DNA of 64,000 nt from Gammaproteobacteria bacterium (GCA_965221695.1 OZ244905.1:1152001-1216000); one strand, 5' to 3'; positions 53,171 through 61,317 are shown, counted from the first letter of the stretch. The notes: generated by a model not told the origin, from the letters alone. Numbers and translations: made by a program.

Positions 53171-53501
53171 TTGTTGTATTTTTGTCAAGAGAATATACCG
53201 GATGACACCAATACTGACTTGTTTCCAAGCGAAACTGTAGCTGTCTGAACGTGCAAACACTATGGTGAGACGGTAAAGAATGAAAATTATCCCGGTTAAA
53301 TGGCGTCATTCGTGCAAAATAACTTGGATTTACGCTAAAACCGGCTAGACTTAAACAGATCAGCGCTAACCGGACCATTTTATGGCGTTATATTCTGTTA
53401 ATCTCGTCTGCGTCGTGTTGTTTAAATCATACATGCCTGCAGGTTGGAACGATTAATGCCGCAATCCGTCACGCGGGGCGAGCAGGCTTTGGGCAGCAAC
53501 A

Positions 53502-54476
53502 ATGGAAACTAATTTTCCACAATCATTCATTAATACCTGGTCCACAGACGGACTGGCAAAGAGCGACCGCTTCGACGCCTGGGCGAGCGTTCTCAATGAA
53601 GCATACGGACGCTGGGAAATGGATCGTCCGGTGGCGCCGGACTTCTTCAGCAGTGTCAAGTATTACGACGATTCAATACTGAAGATCATAGAATGTACCT
53701 GCGACCCCTGCTCCGCTACCCGCACTCGTACAAGCATCCGCGCCGACGGCCTTGAGACCCTGACTATACAGGCCGTGCTTGAAGGACAGGAATACATCAA
53801 CTTCAACGGAGAAGACATCCTGCTGAAACCCGGTGACCTGCTGGTCTGGGACAGCGCCAGGCCCATGACTTTCAAGGTCCAGGACCGGCTGCACAAGATA
53901 TCGGTGATGATGCCTTTGCCGCGCTTCCAGTCCTGGCTGCCCCGCTCCTGGTTCTCAATCCGGCATTCGCTGGACGGAAAATCGAACAGCGGCCTGCTGC
54001 TTACCAACCACGTCAAATCACTACGCAAGTCAGTTTTCGATGGGGGCTGTAAAGACAACCATGCCTTGATCGACGCAACCATCGGCGTGCTGGTTAATGC
54101 CCTGGGTATGGATAGCACAGATGATCCGACACCCCTGCGCGTGACCCAGTTACGCCATATCAAAGAATACATACGGGCCAACATCCGCAACCCCGACCTG
54201 TCGCCAACCATGATCGCCAAGGCAGGCGGCATGTCCTCCCGTTACCTGCACTGGCTGTTCAATGCCAATGAAGACGCCGATACAGTCAAGCAGTATATCT
54301 TTCACCAACGCCTGGATTTGTGCGCACGGGACTTGTCAAACCCGCATATGAAACACAGAAAAATCTCCGACATAGCCTTTTACTGGGGTTTCCAGGACAC
54401 CGCGCATTTCAACAAGCGTTTCAAACAGCAGTACTACTTGTCTCCTTCCGCGTTTCGAGGAAAGATGCTGCAGTAA
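53502..54476 (+). CDS. AraC family transcriptional regulator (FeaR-like)
   Basis: N-terminal WSTDGLAKSDRFDAW; C-terminal double HTH NPDLSP...SSRYLHWLF...ISDIAFYWGFQDTAHFNKRFK. Confidence 0.92.
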   Translation: METNFPQSFINTWSTDGLAKSDRFDAWASVLNEAYGRWEMDRPVAPDFFSSVKYYDDSILKIIECTCDPCSATRTRTSIRADGLETLTIQAVLEGQEYINFNGEDILLKPGDLLVWDSARPMTFKVQDRLHKISVMMPLPRFQSWLPRSWFSIRHSLDGKSNSGLLLTNHVKSLRKSVFDGGCKDNHALIDATIGVLVNALGMDSTDDPTPLRVTQLRHIKEYIRANIRNPDLSPTMIAKAGGMSSRYLHWLFNANEDADTVKQYIFHQRLDLCARDLSNPHMKHRKISDIAFYWGFQDTAHFNKRFKQQYYLSPSAFRGKMLQ

Positions 54477-54514
54477 CAAGCCTTCAGCAAACCGCACTGC
54501 CTGCAACTCTATTT

Positions 54515-54607
54515 TTTATGGCTGAATATGGCTGGATTTATGGCCGAAAATCGTTTATGGTCATCTGTCAGGCATTTATGGCCGGATATGGTTGGATTTA
54601 TGGCTGA
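54515..54607 (+). repeat. 33-bp direct repeat with 60-bp period, built of TATGG(C/T) units
   Basis: TTTATGGCTGAATATGGCTGGATTTATGGCCGA versus TTTATGGCCGGATATGGTTGGATTTATGGCTGA (29/33 identical). Confidence 0.85.
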
Positions 54608-54900
54608 CACAATTAACACACATACTCTTCATATCACCCCGGAAATTCTCGATATTATTGCAGAAGATCACAAGCGAACGAAAAATCCTCGGCCAGCTAC
54701 CGGAATTATCCTTACAAATTGTGGAACTTGCACGCGAGCGGGGTCAAATCAAAATGGATGACATCATAAAGTCAACCAGCGCCGCCCGAGGGACGATCAA
54801 AGAGCATATTGCTTCATTAGTAAAAAATGGCTATCTAACAAAGCACGGCAAAGGGAAAGGCACATGGTACACAATCTCAGCCTGGTATGTCGTAGAATAA
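54600..54900 (+). pseudogene. Fic-family protein remnant with the Fic core deleted
   Basis: N-terminal MADTINTHTLHITPEILDIIAE joined out of frame near 54666 to a C-terminal wHTH (LPELSLQIVEL...RGTIKEH...HGKGKGTWY); no HPFxxGNGR motif. Confidence 0.7.
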
Positions 54901-54960
54901 CTTGCCGGCCTCCATAATTCACAGGGCACAGCAAGTAACCGGCGATTTACACAGAAATAT

Positions 54961-55356
54961 TTACAGTCCCGCGGCCACCAGGTCATCAATGTCTATACGC
55001 AGCGCGGCCGACAGTTTTTTAAGTGTGTCGATACTCCCGGTTTTCCTGCCGGATTCAATCTGCGCAATGTAGCCCTGTTGAACCCCGGATATGGCTCCAA
55101 GTTCTGTCTGGGTCAGACCGCGATGCTCACGCCAGACACGCAAGCGGGATTCTTCGTCCCGCAGCAGCCTGTGCGCCACCTCTGCAGGAACTAGCTCATC
55201 CTGGCCCGTGGCTAACTCATCCAGCGCATCATCCGCCGCCCGGATATCTTCCGCGTCTTCCGCCAGCGTCAGCAAACGACGGTACATATCAATGGGCACA
55301 ACCGCATGGGTCGGCCGGCCGTCTTTTTCAATGACCTCTACCTGGTTAGTCATCAT
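54961..55356 (-). CDS. XRE-family HTH antitoxin
   Basis: IEKDGRPTHAVVP N-terminus; RVWREHRGLTQTELG...YIAQIESGRK HTH; ATGA overlap with the RelE remnant. Confidence 0.85.
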   Translation of the reverse strand: MMTNQVEVIEKDGRPTHAVVPIDMYRRLLTLAEDAEDIRAADDALDELATGQDELVPAEVAHRLLRDEESRLRVWREHRGLTQTELGAISGVQQGYIAQIESGRKTGSIDTLKKLSAALRIDIDDLVAAGL

Positions 55357-55598
55357 TTATAAATGCCTCCTCTTGGCCCGACTTTCAAAACGAGCAGCAC
55401 AAGTTCATCTTTTTCAATCGCGCATATCGCGCGATAGTCCCCGATCCGCAAGCGCCAGTAAGGCGAACCGGACAGTGGTCCCCAATCCCCGACAACAATG
55501 CCACCATTTGGCACTTGCATAAAGGCAAACGTCTTTGCCCCATTAGCGAACTTGCCCGCCGCCGCCACCGACACGACGCCGCCAATCAACCCCGCCAC
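55353..55598 (-). pseudogene. 5'-truncated RelE/ParE toxin fused to an unrelated fragment
   Basis: C-terminal PLSGSPYWRLRIGDYRAICAIEKDELVLLVLKVGPRGGIYK is RelE-like; the N-terminal half is not. Confidence 0.7.
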
Positions 55599-55716
55599 CG
55601 ATTATCCGGAGTTCAACATTGATACGTCAGTTGAGCTTCGGTTTGATGGAAGCGGTGCGAGCGGTTTTTTGCTAGATGATGAAATGCGACGATTTAAGCT
55701 GAGTATCAAATGGAGT

Positions 55717-56043
55717 TCAAGCTCCGATACTGAGGCGCCCCGGCCGCTCCGAATTCGTCTCGCGGATGACGATATTTACATCGCGCCCGAGTACTGTGAG
55801 AAGACGCAGAAGCCGTTCCATGGAGTACTCCCGAAAGTTGCCCCGTAACAGGCGCGACACATCGGGTTGAGATAGCCCAAGCAGCTTTGCCGCCTCGACC
55901 TGTGTTATGCCGCGCTGGCGAATAATCCTGTCGAGCCGGCTGACGAGCTCGGCTTTGGGCAGGTGGGCGTCAGCATCCGGAAGCCCCAGGTCAGCAAACA
56001 CGTTGCCGTTCTCCCGTTCGGCCTGCCTGGTATCAGTCTTCAT
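55717..56043 (-). CDS. HigA-like XRE antitoxin
   Basis: GNVFADLGLPDA, ITQVEAAKLLGLSQPDVSRLLRG, YSMERL; GGAGAG RBS before ATG 56043. Confidence 0.85.
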   Translation of the reverse strand: MKTDTRQAERENGNVFADLGLPDADAHLPKAELVSRLDRIIRQRGITQVEAAKLLGLSQPDVSRLLRGNFREYSMERLLRLLTVLGRDVNIVIRETNSERPGRLSIGA

Positions 56044-56047
56044 CGGT

Positions 56048-56179
56048 TTACTCTCCGCCATAGTTCTCACGGTAATGTGCGGCAGCCAGAATAGCGACTG
56101 CTCTGTCACTCTCTTGATCAAGAGCTTCGTAATATTGGAATACCTCTCTAATAATTGTATCCAGCTGATCTTCTGTCAT
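56048..56179 (-). pseudogene. 43-aa chimeric remnant (MltR-like start, possible HigB-like tail)
   Basis: MTEDQLDTIIREVFQYYEALDQESDRAVAILAAAHYRENYGGE*; ESDRAVAILAAA resembles the MltR-family motif. Confidence 0.4.
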
Positions 56180-56292
56180 GGTAATTCTTCTGATGTATAG
56201 TTTTCGTTATTGTGTCAATATCAAATTCGTTGTGGAGCATCATCGATCCAGCAGCGTCCTGCAGTTGTTATGCTTGTATCCGCAACGATCAT
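56180..56292 (-). pseudogene. VapC/FitB PIN toxin remnant
   Basis: ATGA-coupled MIVADTSI start, then an out-of-frame QLQDAAGSMMLHNEFDID segment; stops after 23 aa. Confidence 0.7.
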
Positions 56293-56531
56293 GGCCTGTC
56301 TTCGTCAATGGCGCGGTCAATATCTTCGGCTGCGATAACGTCAGGTTGGATCTGTGAGCGTAACAGACGGATGTCTTCGAGCCTGTCTTCCGGATTGATT
56401 CTTACAGTCTGCAAGCTACGCTCGAGGCAAGCGATCACTTCGCTGTTAATACTCCTGTGATGACGTTCGGCAGCAGATTTGAGTTCTTGATAAAGCTCAG
56501 GCGGAATATTTTTTATGGTCAAGGCAGGCAA
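56289..56531 (-). CDS. FitA-like ribbon-helix-helix (Arc family) antitoxin
   Basis: LTIKNIPPELYQELKSAAERHHRSINSEVIACLE. Confidence 0.85.
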   Translation of the reverse strand: MPALTIKNIPPELYQELKSAAERHHRSINSEVIACLERSLQTVRINPEDRLEDIRLLRSQIQPDVIAAEDIDRAIDEDRP

Positions 56532-56631
56532 AAAACATTTCTCTGTTCAAAGTTGAGTTTCAATTCTGGTTGCATTATGGAATCCTGTCGAGTGACAGAC
56601 TGTTAGGACAGCCCAGTGAAACGTGAGTATG

Positions 56632-56651
56632 TACTTGTTCAGAGCTTCCCT
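56632..56651 (-). mobile_element. Solo family A element end
   Basis: Minus strand AGGGAAGCTCTGAACAAGTA. Confidence 0.65.
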
Positions 56652-56680
56652 GGCATATCGGACACAACTTGCCGGGTAGT

Positions 56681-57610
56681 CTATAACTCGATATCCATTC
56701 CGTCGTAAGACACTTCCCAGCCTGCGGCTTCCACTGTCCTGCGTTCCTCACTGTTGGCGAACAGGATCGGGTTGGTGGTGTTGATGTGGATAAATATTTT
56801 TCGCTTGATGCCCAGGTCCTGCAGGGCGGCCAGGGTGCCGTCTGTACCGGAGACGCTGATATGACCCATGCGCTTGCCGGTCTTGATCCCCACTCCGTCG
56901 CGGATCATCTCATCATCCACCCATAACGTGCCGTCAAAGAATATCAGGTCGGCGCCGCTGATGCGCTCGGCGAGTTCCGGCGTTACCCGGGCGCAGGCGG
57001 GCATGTAGTAGAACGACTTGCCGGTATTCCGATCCTTGACGAACAGCGCAATCGTATCCTCATCCACGGAACCGAAATCCTTGCCCTTGCTCTCGTCCTC
57101 CAACCACAGGGCTACCTTGCCCGGGACCGCAAACGGCGTGATTTCAATCTCCATCGCGCTGCCATCCGGCTTCAGCAGTTCCAGGGGTTCGTTCAAGGTC
57201 ATGGGTTCGCGGCTGACGAATTTCGGGTTCAGGACGTTGAATATCGTATTCGCTTGCAGCACACCCAGCACCCGCTGGGTCGCGTAGATCCGTAACGGCT
57301 GTGATTCGCGCAGGTTCAACAGGCCCGCCACATGATCCACATCGGCATTGGTCAGTACCGCGCCCATGATCGGACTGTGGCGCAAGTCTTTTGTCGGATG
57401 CAGTATGTCGTTGTCATTGATCTGCTGGCGCAGGTCCGGGGACGCGTTGAACAGGTACCAGTCGTCTCCATCGGCGCTGATCGCAATGGACGACTGGGTA
57501 CGCTGCGGCGCAGCCGGGTCATCCTGCCTGGCGCGCCTGCTGTTGGGATGATTGCAGTTCCACTGCGGGTAGCCGCCACCGGCGGCTGCGCCTAGTACCC
57601 TGATGCGCAT
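56681..57610 (-). CDS. pqqB: Pyrroloquinoline quinone biosynthesis protein PqqB
   Basis: LGAAAGGGYPQWNC, RTQSSIA, NASPDLRQQI, LTNADVDH, GKRMGH, IHINTTNPIL, YDGM; AGAGGAG RBS. Confidence 0.93.
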   Translation of the reverse strand: MRIRVLGAAAGGGYPQWNCNHPNSRRARQDDPAAPQRTQSSIAISADGDDWYLFNASPDLRQQINDNDILHPTKDLRHSPIMGAVLTNADVDHVAGLLNLRESQPLRIYATQRVLGVLQANTIFNVLNPKFVSREPMTLNEPLELLKPDGSAMEIEITPFAVPGKVALWLEDESKGKDFGSVDEDTIALFVKDRNTGKSFYYMPACARVTPELAERISGADLIFFDGTLWVDDEMIRDGVGIKTGKRMGHISVSGTDGTLAALQDLGIKRKIFIHINTTNPILFANSEERRTVEAAGWEVSYDGMDIEL

Positions 57611-57697
57611 GGTGATGTAAACTCCTCTGTTTGTTGAAACCTGAAAGGGATAAGCTTAAACATATTCGGTGCAATGATATAATACTGGAAGCTGATT

Positions 57698-57922
57698 TCA
57701 ACTCTCTCCTGAATGTATTTCCAAGTCTGTCGGTTTGCTGTTTCTGAGGGCATGATACTCGTTAATAGCTTCCTCAATTTCATCAATTAATTCCTGCATT
57801 TGCGCTCGGCCTGCCTGTTCTATTTCTTTGGCAACACCTTTCTTTGCTGGAGATGAAAGGGATTCTATGAGTATGGCCAGTTGTTTTTTTGCAGCCTGAT
57901 ACTGCTTATCGCAGGTAATCAT
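57698..57922 (-). pseudogene. N-terminal half of an XRE/HigA-like antitoxin, HTH missing
   Basis: MITCDKQYQAAKKQL...ELIDEIEEAINEYHALR; stops before any HTH. Confidence 0.5.
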
Positions 57923-57988
57923 TCTGAATCTCGTGATAACGATTATGCCTTTCGGTTCACCTTCTCGAAAATTGGTAATATGTAAAAG

Positions 57989-58017
57989 TTGACATAGTGA
58001 TCCTCGTATACTACGAT
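57989..58017 (+). promoter_or_regulatory. Sigma70 promoter of the three-gene cassette
   Basis: TTGACA (57989-57994), 17 nt, TACGAT (58012-58017). Confidence 0.65.
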
Positions 58018-58116
58018 TTGCCGTCCAGGTTCTTCCAGGGTAGTTCAATTCGGCGCATAGAAGGAATTATATCTAAAGCCTAAACCATCATAGCTGACTC
58101 TCCGGTTTTTTTTCTA

Positions 58117-58764
58117 ATGCCAAAAAATTACACTAACTCAATTGTTTTCGTCGGAACAGGATTTGAAGTTTCTATGTTCGATGAAAGGGAGCTGGTTGGA
58201 AAGTTTGGCCCAATTAAAAAAGACCAAATCAAAGCCGGACCAGTGGGCCAGTTCAACTATGAGCATGGCTATCATTTTTCAGTTACACCTGATCGCATCG
58301 ATGTTCGTCATTCAGGGCGAGAAGTTTTACCTAATCCACTATTGGAAAACAGCCAATTAATAGCTCGCCAATTGGAACCTATACAGGGAATTGTTTCCGG
58401 TGTTGGCATAAACTGTGATGCAGCATTTCACTCCAGCGAGATCGGTAAGACTGGGATCGAGTTTTGTCAGACTCTGACGAAGAATCAATTGTCTCAGTAC
58501 ATATTTGAAGGGTACTCGAACATAACCACATTATCTGTGGCAACAGCTTTTCAGGGGACAGGTAAACGCGTACAGCAATATAATGTGCGTTTTGAACCTG
58601 ATCAGAATTCAGAGAGGAAAGATCTCAAAGTTGCCTTAAATGCGCACCAAAATGTAACGACTGAAGGTAGGCTAAGTGAGAAACTGGATGGTATCGCGAT
58701 TAAAGAAGTAAGAACCCAGATTGAACGGATCCATCGGCAGATTCTTTCTTCCGGAGATGTATGA
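58117..58764 (+). CDS. Hypothetical protein, TIGR04255-like
   Basis: 215 aa, AT-rich; SIVFVG, FSVTPDRIDV, VSGVGIN, LNAH pattern. Confidence 0.6.
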   Translation: MPKNYTNSIVFVGTGFEVSMFDERELVGKFGPIKKDQIKAGPVGQFNYEHGYHFSVTPDRIDVRHSGREVLPNPLLENSQLIARQLEPIQGIVSGVGINCDAAFHSSEIGKTGIEFCQTLTKNQLSQYIFEGYSNITTLSVATAFQGTGKRVQQYNVRFEPDQNSERKDLKVALNAHQNVTTEGRLSEKLDGIAIKEVRTQIERIHRQILSSGDV

Positions 58765-59444
58765 TGCAAGATGTGGCAACACGGACTTGGAGTCCTGAAG
58801 CAACAATAAATTGTTCCTGGCTACCGGATCAGAGAGTTGATCTCCGTGATCTTAATCCTGATTTCTTTCTGGTCGAAAACGCCAACAAGCTGCAAGCGAT
58901 ATGTCAATTTGTACCGCTTCGCATCTCCATCCCTGAGCAAAAAAGATATAGCGGCTTTCATCTTGTGGTGGCGACATTTTTGGCGGGGTATGCTTCAGCA
59001 GGTTCCCTGGCGCCTTCACCTGGTCAGGACCCATTATTCGTAAGTGGGACAGATTCACATTCTCACTTGTTTATTAGTCTAGAACTAGAAGAGCGCCTGA
59101 AGGAATTATCAACTCGTCTGGAAACATTGCGTAAATTCGCTCAGGAAGATAATTCTTCTGATATTGACTGGCCAAGCGAGCAGGCTTGCAAGGATGCAGA
59201 GTTGTTTATTCGTCTATTACCCCTTTCTGAAATCGTCAGTCCAAATATCTATTTTGCCCATGATGGCGAGATAAATTTTCTGTGGAAGCGGCAGAATGAC
59301 GAACTTCATGTCGATCTGGGATTTTATGGAGATGGAACTTATTCATTCTTTGCAACCAATAATAGTAGGGAGGAGTTAATGGATGACATGGTCAAGATTT
59401 CCGATGGACTGCCAGATAAGCTTATTGATATGCTCAGAGTTTAA
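58761..59444 (+). CDS. Hypothetical protein, putative antitoxin/immunity-like
   Basis: 227 aa; ATGA overlap with the previous gene; acidic C-terminal domain WPSEQACKDAELFIRLLP...PNIYFAHDGEINFLW...LGFYGDG. Confidence 0.6.
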   Translation: MMQDVATRTWSPEATINCSWLPDQRVDLRDLNPDFFLVENANKLQAICQFVPLRISIPEQKRYSGFHLVVATFLAGYASAGSLAPSPGQDPLFVSGTDSHSHLFISLELEERLKELSTRLETLRKFAQEDNSSDIDWPSEQACKDAELFIRLLPLSEIVSPNIYFAHDGEINFLWKRQNDELHVDLGFYGDGTYSFFATNNSREELMDDMVKISDGLPDKLIDMLRV

Positions 59445-59471
59445 CTACTTATACCCTTACCTTTTATTTTA

Positions 59472-59966
59472 ATGGCCCCTTCTATACATCTTGACGAGGG
59501 GGTCAGCCAGAATCCTGCTCAATCGCCAGGCACTTTGGAAAACGATGAATATCTTATCCGTGAAATGTGCGATCCCAATCATTTTGATGAAAATGGCAAC
59601 GTTACGGAAGCAGCAATAAGCTTGAAACACTTACAGTCAAAAGGAGTCTCGGTTCATAGACGGCAATACACACCGATCGATTATGTTAAAACTGCAGTTC
59701 GAAACAGATGTAAGGATCGCGATGGCTGGATAGAAAGTGTCTCATTATTCACGGTTGAAGCAGTCCGAGCTAAAAAAGATGAGGGAAAGCAAGTATTCTG
59801 TGTTATTGATGCCCCCATAGAAGAAAATCCAGGCCATGCCAATATATATTTCTCTCACTTGGTAATTGACAAAATAACACGACCATACGCACGTAAATTA
59901 AGACACCGTCTTCTCCCACTTTTGCAAAATCGTATGTCTGTAGATGCTGCGTATCATGCAACCTAA
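59472..59966 (+). CDS. Hypothetical protein, putative ADP-ribosyltransferase-fold toxin
   Basis: 164 aa; SPG...DEYLIR, GVSVHR, NPGHANI give an R-S-H arrangement. Confidence 0.55.
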   Translation: MAPSIHLDEGVSQNPAQSPGTLENDEYLIREMCDPNHFDENGNVTEAAISLKHLQSKGVSVHRRQYTPIDYVKTAVRNRCKDRDGWIESVSLFTVEAVRAKKDEGKQVFCVIDAPIEENPGHANIYFSHLVIDKITRPYARKLRHRLLPLLQNRMSVDAAYHAT

Positions 59967-60002
59967 ATTCTCGCATTGGCTGGCTGATACCTTAGCTTTA
60001 TA

Positions 60003-60446
60003 CTACGATGAATAACCCGTGGTGTTACGTTCTACCCAGCGTTCTCCGTCGTTGATCGTTTCTTTTTTCCAGAACGGGGCCTTGTGTTTGAGGTCTTCGA
60101 TGATGAAGCGGGTCGCGTCGATGGCGTCGCCCCTGTGAGCGGCCCAGGTTGCGACCAGCACTATGTCTTCGCCTACCTCGATGTTCCCGGTGCGGTGCAG
60201 AACAAGAATATCGTGTACGGCCCACTGTCTGCTTGCCTGTTCGCAGATTTCTTCCAGGTGCTTCTCGGTCATGACCGGATAATGCTCCAGGGTCATTGCG
60301 CCGACTTGCTCGCCTTCGTTGAAGTCCCGCATGGAGCCGATGAAGATACTGGTTGCGCCGGATTTGCCGGGATTGCCGCGGGCAGCGCGGTGTTCTCCTG
60401 CTTCAGCCACGGCATCGAATGGCGCCGGCCTTAATTCCACTCGCAT
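60003..60446 (-). CDS. moaE: Molybdopterin synthase catalytic subunit
   Basis: LEHYP, LHRTG, AHRGDA, LKHKAPFWKKE. Confidence 0.95.
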   Translation of the reverse strand: MRVELRPAPFDAVAEAGEHRAARGNPGKSGATSIFIGSMRDFNEGEQVGAMTLEHYPVMTEKHLEEICEQASRQWAVHDILVLHRTGNIEVGEDIVLVATWAAHRGDAIDATRFIIEDLKHKAPFWKKETINDGERWVERNTTGYSS

Positions 60447-60452
60447 GGCGGC

Positions 60453-60686
60453 CTAGCCTCCGGTAACGGGCGGGAAGAACGCAACTTCATCGCCTTCTTT
60501 CAGTTCAGAATCGCCTTTTACGTGCTCCATGTTGACTGCGACCAGCATCGCTTCGGGCATTGCATCAGCGCCGCTGGCCCAGCTCCATACATCAGAGACC
60601 TTGAGGCCGGGCCTGAAGTCCATCTGGTCCTCGGCGCGTCCCATTTCCTCGCGGATGCGGGCAAAATATTTGACTTTAACAGACAT
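60453..60686 (-). CDS. moaD: Molybdopterin synthase sulfur carrier subunit
   Basis: VKYFA...GDEVAFFPPVTGG. Confidence 0.95.
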   Translation of the reverse strand: MSVKVKYFARIREEMGRAEDQMDFRPGLKVSDVWSWASGADAMPEAMLVAVNMEHVKGDSELKEGDEVAFFPPVTGG

Positions 60687-60739
60687 TTGACTCAGCGTTA
60701 TGTATCTACCTGGCGGTGTTTAACGTATTATAGACTTTT

Positions 60740-61213
60740 ATGGCAAAACTGACACATTTCAATGAAACCGGAGAGGCGCACATGGTTGATGTCGGCGCCA
60801 AGGATGCGACGCGCCGTATTGCCGTGGCTGAGGGCACCATCAGGATGCTGGACGGCACACTGGCCTTGATCATGGATGGCGCGCACAAAAAGGGGGATGT
60901 GCTCGGGATCGCCAGGGTCGCCGGCATTATGGCGGCAAAGAAAACCGCGGAACTCATCCCGTTGTGCCATCCACTGGCCATCAGCCATATCGACATCAGC
61001 CTGGAACCGCGTAAGGATGACAGCGCGGTGTACTGCCGGGCGCGGGTCGAGACCATCGGCCCGACCGGTGTTGAGATGGAGGCGTTGAACGCGGTGCAGG
61101 TGACTTTGCTCACGATCTACGACATGTGCAAGGCCGCCGACCGGGGTATGAGCATCGAGACGGTCAGACTCCTGGAGAAATCAGGCGGTAACTCCGGGGA
61201 CTGGAAAAGGTAG
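60740..61213 (+). CDS. moaC: Cyclic pyranopterin monophosphate synthase
   Basis: [31 protein letters not shown]. Confidence 0.96.
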   Translation: MAKLTHFNETGEAHMVDVGAKDATRRIAVAEGTIRMLDGTLALIMDGAHKKGDVLGIARVAGIMAAKKTAELIPLCHPLAISHIDISLEPRKDDSAVYCRARVETIGPTGVEMEALNAVQVTLLTIYDMCKAADRGMSIETVRLLEKSGGNSGDWKR

Positions 61214-61225
61214 TACTCTTTCAAC

Positions 61226-61317
61226 TTTTGATATGTTCAGAACTACACAGCGGCGCTATGAAAAGGCGCTGCGAACCTTGCGATCAAACGCTTCGCGACC
61301 CGCTGAACATGTCAAAA
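61226..61317. repeat. 92-bp element with 15-bp inverted ends
   Basis: TTTTGATATGTTCAG ... CTGAACATGTCAAAA (one T:G pair). Confidence 0.7.

Noticed and set aside
54515-54607. Direct repeats as a mini CRISPR array
   Set aside because: Only two imperfect copies made of internal TATGG units; no cas genes
57611-57700. Possible pqqA directly upstream of pqqB (VEISFQYY)
   Set aside because: Glu-Tyr spacing is not ExxxY, and there is no W-x-x-P leader or suitable small ORF
54600-57922. TA cluster as an integron cassette array
   Set aside because: No attC-like RYYYAAC...GTTRRRY hairpins between the genes and no integrase; junctions look like deletions
58150-58180. GTGFEVSMF resembles the PqqA core GFEVTMY near pqqB
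   Set aside because: It is embedded in a 215-aa ORF on the opposite strand and has Phe instead of the essential Tyr
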